Source: a virus
Lineage: Duplodnaviria > Caudoviricetes
DNA: 46,672 nucleotides
Virus record (IMG/VR): IMGVR_UViG_3300006046_000003
Span: 1-46,672 of that record
Direction: 5' to 3' (one strand)
Part shown: piece after piece, positions 1 to 7,347 of the stretch
Layout: the number at the start of each line of letters is the position of its first letter
Numbering within the stretch: position 1 is the first letter of the stretch
Program-made: the position numbers and the translations under genes
Notes under the pieces: model-generated
What the model was told of the DNA's origin: nothing
The model's input: the letters and a program-made list of their open reading frames with translations, nothing else
Database searches by the model: none

Positions 1-40
1 ATGACTGACCTATGCCTTTTGAGCGAGCCAGTGAAAGAGG
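1..40. repeat. 40-bp terminal direct repeat (identical to 46633-46672), most likely an assembly overlap of a circular contig
   Basis: ATGACTGACCTATGCCTTTTGAGCGAGCCAGTGAAAGAGG occurs at both ends, and an ORF reads in frame across the join. Confidence 0.95.
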
Positions 41-250
41 ATCCATCTTATACAATTCAGCAGGTGAATGTATCTTCAGTCGCCTCAATACTTTTGCTAG
101 ACGTACAGCCGCTACGAAGTTGGCACAGCCCAGTTCCGTCACCATCTGCCTACGTGAATAGTTCATCTTATCAGTGACGAAAAGCGGCTCATCTAACTTG
201 TCAGCGAATGTCTTACCTATCACTCCGTCGATAGTCTTGTGTCCAATCAT
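1..250 (-). CDS. 5' part of a junction-spanning 133-aa protein with an RNAP alpha-CTD-like (HhH) segment; continues at 46632-46481
   Basis: AGGAG RBS then ATG at 250. Hand translation MIGHKTIDG...VRLAKVLRRLKIHSPAELYKMDPLSLARSKGIGQSCL... stays open across the junction to TAA at 46483-46481. Confidence 0.8.
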   Translation of the reverse strand, partial: MIGHKTIDGVIGKTFADKLDEPLFVTDKMNYSRRQMVTELGCANFVAAVRLAKVLRRLKIHSPAELYKMDPLSLARSKGIGQS

Positions 251-336
251 TTTGACTCCTAGTCTACAGTTAGTGAACTCTGTCATCTGCTCACTTCGTT
301 CGCATGAAAATGAGCAGACAACACAATCAACTAACC

Positions 337-543
337 TTACTGTTGGTCGTAATCGTAGTCTCCGTCGTCTTCACGTCTTGCCATACGCCGCTGACATGAT
401 ACGCATATGGACGAACGGGCATTCCGGGGAAGCTCTTTTCCACAACCACCCACACATCGCCAACGCTCGTTTCCGTTAGCATCAATACGCGGACAGTCAC
501 CACTCTCATGGCCGCAACACGGATAATCTTCGCAGCGTGGCAT
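337..543 (-). CDS. small Cys-rich, probably Zn-binding protein
   Basis: RCEDYPCCGH...C and CxxxC...CxxC motifs; AGGAG RBS upstream. Confidence 0.75.
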   Translation of the reverse strand: MPRCEDYPCCGHESGDCPRIDANGNERWRCVGGCGKELPRNARSSICVSCQRRMARREDDGDYDYDQQ

Positions 544-557
544 ATTAGTTCTCCTAT

Positions 558-716
558 TTATTTTACTTCGAGGTCTACGGTCTTGAACATCTCGATCATC
601 TCTTTACGATCATCAGGATTCAGAGTCTTCAACTCTGCTACAAATTCTGCGAGGCTCTGCTTCTCCTTCAGACCAAAGAATTCACGACACGCACCTGCGA
701 ACGTAGTCACCTTCAT
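558..716 (-). CDS. hypothetical protein, 52 aa (not in ORF track)
   Basis: Hand translation MKVTTFAGACREFFGLKEKQSLAEFVAELKTLNPDDRKEMIEMFKTVDLEVK; GAGGAG RBS; tightly packed with neighbours. Confidence 0.7.
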   Translation of the reverse strand: MKVTTFAGACREFFGLKEKQSLAEFVAELKTLNPDDRKEMIEMFKTVDLEVK

Positions 717-717
717 A

Positions 718-879
718 CTACTTCTCCTCATCCAGTCGATGAAGTTCCATCAACATATGAACCTGTTTCTCAAGTTCGTTTATCTTCTCAATGACAGCCT
801 GTACTAATTCCAACAGTGCTCTGTCACCAGCGAGAGAACCTTCACCTAATACGCGAATTGCTTCGACCATTTCATCCAT
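718..879 (-). CDS. hypothetical coiled-coil protein, 53 aa (not in ORF track)
   Basis: MDEMVEAIRVLGEGSLAGDRALLELVQAVIEKINELEKQVHMLMELHRLDEEK; abuts the stop of the upstream gene. Confidence 0.65.
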   Translation of the reverse strand: MDEMVEAIRVLGEGSLAGDRALLELVQAVIEKINELEKQVHMLMELHRLDEEK

Positions 880-1149
880 TTAGTTTTCCTTCTCAGAAAA
901 GATTGCCTTCCACTCCGCTTCCGTAAGACCTGTCTTGAGAAATTCTCGTTCTGCATCCGTGAAGAAATCGAACGCATCCTGAATCTTCTCACCACGTACT
1001 TGCCAGTTATACCACGCCTGTGATATGACTTGAATGTCATGTTTGACGATGAGAATCTTATCGCCAGTGACGATACGCGTATCACCTGATGGGAGTTCGG
1101 TCAGGAAATACTGCTGACCAGATCTATTCAGACGATTCATTGCGTACAT
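880..1149 (-). CDS. conserved phage hypothetical protein
   Basis: C-terminal IQDAF...EREFLKTGLTEAEW resembles a widespread small phage family; TAATG coupling. Confidence 0.75.
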   Translation of the reverse strand: MYAMNRLNRSGQQYFLTELPSGDTRIVTGDKILIVKHDIQVISQAWYNWQVRGEKIQDAFDFFTDAEREFLKTGLTEAEWKAIFSEKEN

Positions 1150-1367
1150 TACTTCTTCTCCCCTTCACGAATCATCGTGATAGTTCTGTCAAGTAGTTCG
1201 ATGTATTTACGAGTCTCCGCAACTTCACGTGTGGCCTGACCATACAGATCACACAGAACATTGTTATCCGCGTATGTCCGCAACAAGGATGATTCCTTGT
1301 CGAACAATTTCATCTTCAGGTCTTCGAGTTCTTCGATCAACATCTGAGTCGTAGTTTTCTTAGCCAT
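1149..1367 (-). CDS. hypothetical coiled-coil protein
   Basis: ORF track; operon packing. Confidence 0.7.
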   Translation of the reverse strand: MAKKTTTQMLIEELEDLKMKLFDKESSLLRTYADNNVLCDLYGQATREVAETRKYIELLDRTITMIREGEKK

Positions 1368-1368
1368 T

Positions 1369-1536
1369 CTACTTGTCCTCTGAACAATATACGATCATGA
1401 CAGACTCTGTAATCTTTTCAGAGACCTGCTGTTCGTGATATTCCTTGATTAGTTGACGCGCCTCTGCATCCGTGTGAGCCTGCACACGAGAAAAACGGTG
1501 CTGAGTTACGATGTATTCCACGAGAAATTCAGGCAT
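1369..1536 (-). CDS. hypothetical protein, 55 aa (not in ORF track)
   Basis: MPEFLVEYIVTQHRFSRVQAHTDAEARQLIKEYHEQQVSEKITESVMIVYCSEDK; GGAG RBS. Confidence 0.65.
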   Translation of the reverse strand: MPEFLVEYIVTQHRFSRVQAHTDAEARQLIKEYHEQQVSEKITESVMIVYCSEDK

Positions 1537-1555
1537 TAGTTACTCCGTTAGTTAG

Positions 1556-1639
1556 TGCCGGGAACGGGAATCGAACCCGTATGATATTTCTATCGACAGA
1601 TTTTAAGTCTGTTGTGTCTGCCAGTTTCACCATCCCGGC
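1556..1639 (-). tRNA. tRNA-Leu (anticodon UAA), long variable arm, no encoded CCA
   Basis: Acceptor stem GCCGGGA/TCCCGGC, D-loop TGG, anticodon arm ACAGA-CTTAAAA-TCTGT, T-arm ACGGG-TTCGATT-CCCGT, discriminator A. Confidence 0.95.
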
Positions 1640-1704
1640 CCCTCTGCACATTGCAACCATTAGTGAGATGTATGCGCGTGTAGGATGCGCGCCCCCCATC
1701 TGTC

Positions 1705-3780
1705 TTATCGCGATCTCTTACGACGATGAGCCGATACGATGGTTTCGGCCAATTCCTTCACGAGAGCCTCTTCTGACCACTTCTGATATTCGCCCTTGTT
1801 CATGCCCTGATGGAATCGAATACGCTTGCCTTCGACGATGGCATCCAACTGTGGATCGATAGTGGTCAGTCCTTCCATCTGCACGTATACGGCGTTGACT
1901 GATGTAGCAGTCTGACCGATACGAATGAATCGTCCTTCTGCCTGTTCTTCATTAGCAGGATTCCACTGTCTCTCGTGTAACACGCAGTCAGAACAGGTCT
2001 GAAGATTAAGTCCTTCGCCTGCTGCCAGAGTAGATGCGACCATCAGACACCGTGATGCAGAATTGAATTCTACCTGCGTCTGATATCTCGCCTCACCACT
2101 CATTGATGCGTCAATCTTCAGGATCGGCATATCCTTGCCGTATGCTTCCTTCAGACCATCAAACAACATGGACTGAACATCCTGATGATGAGCGAATACC
2201 ACCAGTTTCCGGTCCGTATCCTCGATGAATTCATCAACGTATTCCATCGTGGCAGGAATCTTAGCGATAGCCACGAGATGACGCATCTTAGCCATCATCC
2301 CGAGTATCTGCATGGAACTAGCAGCCGCTGCTTCGTCTTCATACCATCTGACGAAATCCTCTACTGCATCATCGTAGACTTTCTCCGTGTCAGCATCCAT
2401 CTGAACGTGGAGTTTAGTCCTGTTAACGAGGGGAAGTTCTTTCATCACTTCTGTCCTCTCACGACGAATGAGTAGATCCTTCGTCAGTTCCTTGAATCTA
2501 GCAACATTCTTGATTCCGCCTTCCTTTCGGAAGTTTCCCTGCCAGTAGTAGTCTACGTGTGCTCTCTTGAATCCCTCTTCTGATGAGAACTTGATAGGAT
2601 CGATCATATTCAGCATCGGAAACAACTCACTACCGCGATTCTTCCACGGTGTGCCCGACAGCGGAATACATTTCCTATCCTTGACTACCTTACGTACCAT
2701 CTGTGTGCGTGTAGAGTCAACATTCTTAATCTGCTGACATTCATCTAACACAACACACTTGATACCAACCTTATCGAACTTCGTGATATCGAAGCCCTGA
2801 GTGACAGTCTTTCCTGATTTCTTCATGGTCTTGACTTTAGGCACTAACATATCGTATCCGACGATGTAGTGCTTCAGACCCGGAATCAGGTAATCACCCG
2901 ACTTTTCAATGATTTGAGGAACGTGCATGTCACCGAGCCACTGAATCAGGAATACAGCAAACTGATATTTCAGTCCGCTCTTCACAATCCAGAGAGTCGG
3001 CCACAATTCAGGATGGAATTTGATGATTCCACCTGCCTGAATGGTCTTCCCCAATCCCATCTCATCGAGAACAGCACCACCCTTGCCTACGGATAATGCT
3101 GCTTCGAGGAACTTCATTCCTTCGATTTGGAATTCGTATGGGCGGAATCGACCACACTTGCTACACTTGTTTTTATCCCACTCATGCGGGCAGTTAGGAT
3201 CTCCGCCCATCTGGAATGTGTGGAATGGTGTGCCTTTGGGGATTTTCTTTACGAGGAGATGACCACATTCCAGTGTGATGAATTTCAGGTCTGGCTGATC
3301 ATCTTTCGAGGAAGGAATAGTCTTCTCAGATTTCATCACGGCTACCTTGCCACAGAACTCACATTTGTCCTGAAGCCGTGTAATCTGATACTTTGGTGTG
3401 CGTATTACCTGCTCATCGAATGTGACTTCTACCGTCGCACCTGAGCGAATAGCATCAATAATCTCAGGTGACAGTGACAGGTTAGAACATGGTGCCGTGT
3501 TATCACAGCCCAATTCCTTAGCCTTAGCAGCCCACACTTCATCATGCCCATGTCCGGGTGTGAGTGCGTGTGCAACTTCATGACGGTTAGTATTCCTAAC
3601 GTCAGGATCAGGATGGATATCAACGTGGTGAGCCGACAGGATAATGCATTTATCCTTGTACGAACACAGACCAAGGAATCGACTATCAGCATTCTGATTC
3701 AATCGGACTCCCCAATCTTTGAGACCATGCTGATTCAGCAAGTCTCGTAAATCTTGCGATGCCTGTTGCCTAGTCATCAC
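1705..3780 (-). CDS. SprT-like metalloprotease fused via Zn-finger motifs to a SNF2-family helicase/translocase
   Basis: N-terminal RFLGLC...HEVAHAL...HGHDEVW (SprT HExxH). CEFC/C-x-H/CxxC linker. SNF2 motifs DEMGLGKT, LDECQQIKN, LSGTP, AAGEGLNLQ and WNPANEEQAEGRFIRIGQ. Confidence 0.9.
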   Translation of the reverse strand: MMTRQQASQDLRDLLNQHGLKDWGVRLNQNADSRFLGLCSYKDKCIILSAHHVDIHPDPDVRNTNRHEVAHALTPGHGHDEVWAAKAKELGCDNTAPCSNLSLSPEIIDAIRSGATVEVTFDEQVIRTPKYQITRLQDKCEFCGKVAVMKSEKTIPSSKDDQPDLKFITLECGHLLVKKIPKGTPFHTFQMGGDPNCPHEWDKNKCSKCGRFRPYEFQIEGMKFLEAALSVGKGGAVLDEMGLGKTIQAGGIIKFHPELWPTLWIVKSGLKYQFAVFLIQWLGDMHVPQIIEKSGDYLIPGLKHYIVGYDMLVPKVKTMKKSGKTVTQGFDITKFDKVGIKCVVLDECQQIKNVDSTRTQMVRKVVKDRKCIPLSGTPWKNRGSELFPMLNMIDPIKFSSEEGFKRAHVDYYWQGNFRKEGGIKNVARFKELTKDLLIRRERTEVMKELPLVNRTKLHVQMDADTEKVYDDAVEDFVRWYEDEAAAASSMQILGMMAKMRHLVAIAKIPATMEYVDEFIEDTDRKLVVFAHHQDVQSMLFDGLKEAYGKDMPILKIDASMSGEARYQTQVEFNSASRCLMVASTLAAGEGLNLQTCSDCVLHERQWNPANEEQAEGRFIRIGQTATSVNAVYVQMEGLTTIDPQLDAIVEGKRIRFHQGMNKGEYQKWSEEALVKELAETIVSAHRRKRSR

Positions 3781-3812
3781 TAAATCGTCCTTTCGGTAGC
3801 GATTTACTGGGA

Positions 3813-4481
3813 TTACTTTTTGGTGACTTCAGCGAAGAACTTAGCAGCATTCTCTGCCGTCATATTCTTCTGAAGCATGATTACTCTGACTGCCACAGGG
3901 TCCACGCCATACTTGGCACACGCGTCCTTCAATTCATTACGTTTGAAGGATGATGCAGACGGTGCCTTTGGAGTCTGAGATTTCGGCTTAGACGGAGCCT
4001 GTGGCTGATAGGAAATATCGGAAGCCTTGAATTCTTCCCGACGTTTATCACGAATCATCCCTGCGGCAGATTGAATCTGTGACTGCCACATACGATATTC
4101 GTTCTCTTTTTCGAGAAGAGCAGCACGATCATCAAATATCGCTTTTCTGAGGATATCCGCTCGCTCCTGCATCGCCTTAGCGAATGTGTAGAGTTTATCC
4201 TCTTCTTTGATGTTCTCATCCTGCTGAATAGACGCCTGAAGTTCAATCGCAGGAGTCGTCTTCGCATTGAATACGTCTGGCTTGATTTGAATCGAATAGT
4301 CGATTTTCTTCGACTCTTCTAACAAGACGTTGACTTCGCCCGCGCGTGTGATTGCAGCTGTTTCCTCTGCTACACAGAACTCACACATCCACATGTTATG
4401 AGCTTCAAGTGTAATCTGAAGATTGGTGCGATCACAAGTCTCACAATCGCCAATCTTACCTTTGGCCTTATTCACCAACAT
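3813..4481 (-). CDS. hypothetical protein with N-terminal Zn ribbon and coiled coil (start re-assigned to 4481)
   Basis: TAATG overlap with the upstream gene and GAGGAG RBS; CETC...CEFC. Confidence 0.75.
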   Translation of the reverse strand: MLVNKAKGKIGDCETCDRTNLQITLEAHNMWMCEFCVAEETAAITRAGEVNVLLEESKKIDYSIQIKPDVFNAKTTPAIELQASIQQDENIKEEDKLYTFAKAMQERADILRKAIFDDRAALLEKENEYRMWQSQIQSAAGMIRDKRREEFKASDISYQPQAPSKPKSQTPKAPSASSFKRNELKDACAKYGVDPVAVRVIMLQKNMTAENAAKFFAEVTKK

Positions 4482-4681
4482 TATCGGCTCCTCTTCTGAG
4501 TCTGAACTGGAGCTGACTTCTGAATAGTCGGTTTGGCAGTACGATGCACACGACCAGCTGTATGCCATGTGCAGTCGCCGATACGCTCGTATGGATTGTC
4601 GGCGAATGGATTAGTAACTGAGGTGGGAATACGCCGAACGCGTATAACTCGCTTACAGGTATTGCAGAAGAATCGTTTCAT
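4481..4681 (-). CDS. small basic Zn-binding protein
   Basis: CNTC...CxxH; AAGGA RBS. Confidence 0.7.
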   Translation of the reverse strand: MKRFFCNTCKRVIRVRRIPTSVTNPFADNPYERIGDCTWHTAGRVHRTAKPTIQKSAPVQTQKRSR

Positions 4682-4897
4682 TGGGCGTCCTTTCGGTAAC
4701 GCTGGCCGGGTCTGATGATGGATAGACTAGAATCTAGGATTAGACGCTAGGCTTAGATAGGCAGACCGTAGGCACCCGTCCATTCTAGCACGGTTGTCAA
4801 GTGTCCCGTTAAACCCTTTATCGACGCGGGTTACGGGGGGATGGTCGAGCTGGAATGGCCCCGGCCCGACCCGTCCCGGCAATATACTCCTAGAATA

Positions 4898-5245
4898 TCA
4901 TTCTCCCGTGATTAGTTTGACTCGATTGATTTCTTCCTGGGTTACGTCTGATAGTTCAATCCCACGTGATCTAGCAATGCGTACTCTGATATCGATGTCT
5001 GCGAGTGCGTCTACTTCCGGTACTCTACATGTAAGACATTTCGGCATCTCCTCTTTCACTGAGTCTTCATCCAATTTGAAATCTTCACCGCACCCCCAAC
5101 ACACCGACATACGACCCACGATTGTATCCTCCACATTACGTGGTAGGAAGTGTTCGCAGTAGTCGAGTGCGCATCTCCATCCTGTGTTGAATTTGCTGAG
5201 TTGTTGATGAATGTACTTGTGTGTATGTTTCGTCCTCTTAGCCAT
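4898..5245 (-). CDS. His/Cys-rich Zn-binding hypothetical protein
   Basis: HxH, CxxxxCxH, CWGC and CLTC motifs; AGGAGG RBS. Confidence 0.75.
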   Translation of the reverse strand: MAKRTKHTHKYIHQQLSKFNTGWRCALDYCEHFLPRNVEDTIVGRMSVCWGCGEDFKLDEDSVKEEMPKCLTCRVPEVDALADIDIRVRIARSRGIELSDVTQEEINRVKLITGE

Positions 5246-5254
5246 TCGATGCCT

Positions 5255-5530
5255 CCTATGATGGATCGTAATAGTGTCCGCTTATGAGGGCGACCCTCTC
5301 CCCCTGTCCCCCATGATAACACGGTCGTAAGGCGATGTCAAAGGTCGAGGTTGGGTTGTAGGATTAGATTATGATATGTAAAAAAAAAAAAATAAAAAAA
5401 AGAGAATATAATACTATAAAACCCAACCTCAAGCACCCCAACCTCCCGTATGAGCCGTATTGAGTGGGGAGAGAGGGAGGGGGATGGGATCAAAAGAGGA
5501 CAGTTACCCGACCTCTTACGATATCATAGG
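5255..5530. other. putative replication origin: degenerate palindrome centred on an A13-T-A8 tract
   Basis: Inverted pairs CCTATGAT..ATCGTAA / TTACGATATCATAGG and GAGGTTGGGTT / AACCCAACCTC, plus C-rich versus G-rich blocks, flank the A tract at 5380-5401. Confidence 0.5.
5313..5341 (-). promoter_or_regulatory. sigma70-type promoter driving the leftward arm
   Basis: TTGACA-17 bp-TATCAT with an extended -10 TG, on the minus strand. Confidence 0.8.
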
Positions 5531-5597
5531 CGCACAGCTAATCCTACCGAGCGAAGCGAGGATGATTCTATGGACCCGATAGGAGGGATGAGAAGAC

Positions 5598-5635
5598 AAA
5601 AAAATACCCGGTCCCTGTATTAGCAGACCGGGTAT
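5598..5635 (-). terminator. rho-independent terminator after 5645..6004
   Basis: ATACCCGGTC/GACCGGGTAT stem followed by a U-tract on the minus strand. Confidence 0.85.
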
Positions 5636-5644
5636 CGAGTCGGA

Positions 5645-6004
5645 CTATGCGATGTAGGTAATTCCGAGGACTACTTCAGCAGTGGCTTTTGCCTCCTCAA
5701 ATGTCTTCTTGGCTGCCATGATGACTTTGATCATCTCACGGATGCGGAGCTGCTCATCGTTCTCGATTGTTGGCTTGATGATACCAGCCGCATCAAAGGC
5801 AGAGTTACGCGCGCGTGCTGTGGCTGCTGCTTTGCGCTCTGCATTGCGTGAGTCGAGCTGTTCTTTCTCACTGAGCGTATCATTCGCTGCGACCATTTCC
5901 GCGTATGATTCGTAGTATGTGACGGTCACATTGAACTTCATGGCCGTGGGCAGTTTCGTGCCATACGCGGTCGAGGCAGTCGAGTCGAAAGATTCAGTTT
6001 TCAC
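5645..6004 (-). CDS. hypothetical protein, paralog A of the divergent pair
   Basis: GTG start with GGAG RBS; homologous to 6460..6873 (KPxxENDEQLR...KVI/L...KKT..EA...A..VLGI). Confidence 0.85.
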   Translation of the reverse strand: MKTESFDSTASTAYGTKLPTAMKFNVTVTYYESYAEMVAANDTLSEKEQLDSRNAERKAAATARARNSAFDAAGIIKPTIENDEQLRIREMIKVIMAAKKTFEEAKATAEVVLGITYIA

Positions 6005-6044
6005 AAAGGCTCCAATCGGCTCGCGTCATTGCGAGGTGACACCA

Positions 6045-6072
6045 GAGTATCATGCATCGGCCCCGTGGCAAC
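6045..6072 (-). promoter_or_regulatory. possible promoter for paralog A
   Basis: TTGCCA-16 bp-TACTCT with an extended -10 TG; AT-rich upstream. Confidence 0.45.
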
Positions 6073-6216
6073 ATTTATTTTAGAGCGCACAGCTAAAATT
6101 TTCGCGTTCTTTGCGACTGTTCCTATCAATCTGCATAGAAGGAGGGCGCACAGCTGCGTACAGGGATAGGCGCACAGCTATGGGCCGGGCTGGGCCTACC
6201 TCTACCATAGTCCGTA

Positions 6217-6232
6217 TGTTCCACGTGGAACA
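6217..6232. promoter_or_regulatory. parS: parS site (ParB/Spo0J loading palindrome)
   Basis: TGTTCCACGTGGAACA is a perfect palindrome matching the conserved bacterial chromosomal parS consensus TGTTNCACGTGNAACA; it is intergenic. Confidence 0.85.
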
Positions 6233-6286
6233 TTAGAGCCTAAGCCGATATGCATCGTCGCCGGAGCGAGCCTAGAGGCTGACGGG

Positions 6287-6302
6287 ATTTTGACGTCAAA
6301 AT
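6287..6302. promoter_or_regulatory. 16-bp perfect palindrome, putative operator
   Basis: ATTTTGACGTCAAAAT, 26 bp upstream of the -35 of the rightward promoter. Confidence 0.55.
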
Positions 6303-6328
6303 AAATCGACGGATTGTGTCGAATTCGC

Positions 6329-6357
6329 TTGACTCGTTTAGGGTCGGCCTGTAAAAT
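6329..6357 (+). promoter_or_regulatory. sigma70-type promoter for paralog B
   Basis: TTGACT-17 bp-TAAAAT. Confidence 0.75.
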
Positions 6358-6459
6358 CGTAGGCGTCGCTGATGACGAGCGACGCGGCGACGAGCCTGCC
6401 TCGCGCCGACTAGTCCGGGCCAATCCCGGCTCGGCCTTTGACAACTGAATAGAGGTAGT

Positions 6460-6873
6460 ATGAAGAACGTGAAGTTCGAAGGAACGATGAAGAATGCCCA
6501 TGGTGTTAAGCTTACCAAGCTGAAGCTGAAAGACGGCAGTCCTGTTCCGTTCAAGTCGCTGAAATACTCGGGCGACTACAATCAGTATGAAACCAAGGAA
6601 GAGATGATTCAGGCAGAAGGATTTCCTTCTGACGAGGATATCGTCGCTTGGCGTAATACGCTCATCAAGAACGCGGCTCGGGCGAAAGCTGCCAACAACG
6701 CGCTTGATGAGGCGAACGTGCAGAAGCCGGACTTGGAGAATGACGAGCAACTTCGACTCAAGTCGATGCTCAAGGTTCTGCTTGCCGACGGCAAGAAAAC
6801 CGAAGCAGAGGCTCGGGCGATTGCATCGCAGGTTCTCGGCATTGAGTGGGCAGACGAGGAAGACGCAGAGTAG
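6460..6873 (+). CDS. hypothetical protein, paralog B of the divergent pair
   Basis: GAGGT RBS; homologous to 5645..6004; acidic C-terminal tail. Confidence 0.88.
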   Translation: MKNVKFEGTMKNAHGVKLTKLKLKDGSPVPFKSLKYSGDYNQYETKEEMIQAEGFPSDEDIVAWRNTLIKNAARAKAANNALDEANVQKPDLENDEQLRLKSMLKVLLADGKKTEAEARAIASQVLGIEWADEEDAE

Positions 6874-6888
6874 TTCCTTCTAGATTCT

Positions 6889-6925
6889 AGGCCGGGCGGA
6901 CTTGATATCCGCTCGGCCTCTTTAT
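6889..6925 (+). terminator. probable terminator after paralog B
   Basis: AGGCCGGGCGGA/TCCGCTCGGCCT stem followed by CTTTAT. Confidence 0.65.
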
Positions 6926-6954
6926 CAACTGATTCAAACTAAACGGGTGAATGC

Positions 6955-7104
6955 GTGTTCAACTTCAAGGTTCTGGTGTATGTCGATGCGTTCAGCGAAA
7001 CGCCGACATGCACTCTCTTCATCTGGGCCGATTCAGTAGCCCAGGCCGAATTGAAAGCAGTTCGGCTGACCGGCTCCAACTACGTTGTAGTGGATGCACG
7101 ATGA
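6955..7104 (+). CDS. hypothetical protein, 49 aa (not in ORF track)
   Basis: GTG start, FNFKVLVYVDAFSETPTCTLFIWADSVAQAELKAVRLTGSNYVVVDAR; ATGA overlap with the next gene. Confidence 0.55.
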   Translation: MFNFKVLVYVDAFSETPTCTLFIWADSVAQAELKAVRLTGSNYVVVDAR

Positions 7105-7301
7105 TGAAATATCAGAATCCACTCTTCGACGGTGTTAGACGCGAGCTGGATAAGGCTCTGGATGCGCGTTTTGAAGGGCCACTGTATGAGGCATTCTCGT
7201 ATGCTTCGACACTGGTTCAGGCAAAACGCATCATTGACGGCGATACTGAGATTACCGAAGTTTCATACAAGGTGATTCAGCACGAGGCCGACGAGAAGTA
7301 G
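7101..7301 (+). CDS. hypothetical protein (start re-assigned to 7101)
   Basis: ATGA coupling; followed by a terminator. Confidence 0.65.
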   Translation: MMKYQNPLFDGVRRELDKALDARFEGPLYEAFSYASTLVQAKRIIDGDTEITEVSYKVIQHEADEK

Positions 7302-7317
7302 TATCGACTCGACTTAT

Positions 7318-7347
7318 GGGCTACTCCAAAAGGGTAGCCCTTTTTTT
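7318..7347 (+). terminator. rho-independent terminator
   Basis: GGGCTACTC-CAAAA-GGGTAGCCC followed by T7. Confidence 0.9.

Noticed and set aside
1-40. Biological terminal repeat or att site
   Set aside because: It falls mid-gene and the ORF reads through, which fits an assembler overlap.
1646-1656. GCACATTGCAA repeated at 42230-42240
   Set aside because: A single 11-mer pair is expected by chance in 46 kb.
4782-4800. Canonical -35/-10 promoter (TTGACA...TAGAAT, minus strand)
   Set aside because: The spacer is only 7 bp. At best it is an extended -10 promoter, so it was not called.
4806-4836. dif/att-like imperfect palindrome (similar one at about 7581-7606)
   Set aside because: The match to dif is weak and no recombinase is encoded, so it cannot be supported by eye.
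6370-6410. Hammerhead ribozyme (CTGATGA core)
   Set aside because: There is no downstream GAAA or compatible stem arrangement, and CTGATGA sits at the loop of a simple hairpin.
6202-6750. 182-aa minus-strand ORF and other antisense ORFs in the track (e.g. 14944..15459, 15550..16032, 31637..32029)
   Set aside because: They are shadows of well-supported genes on the opposite strand or cross regulatory DNA, and have no RBS or motifs.
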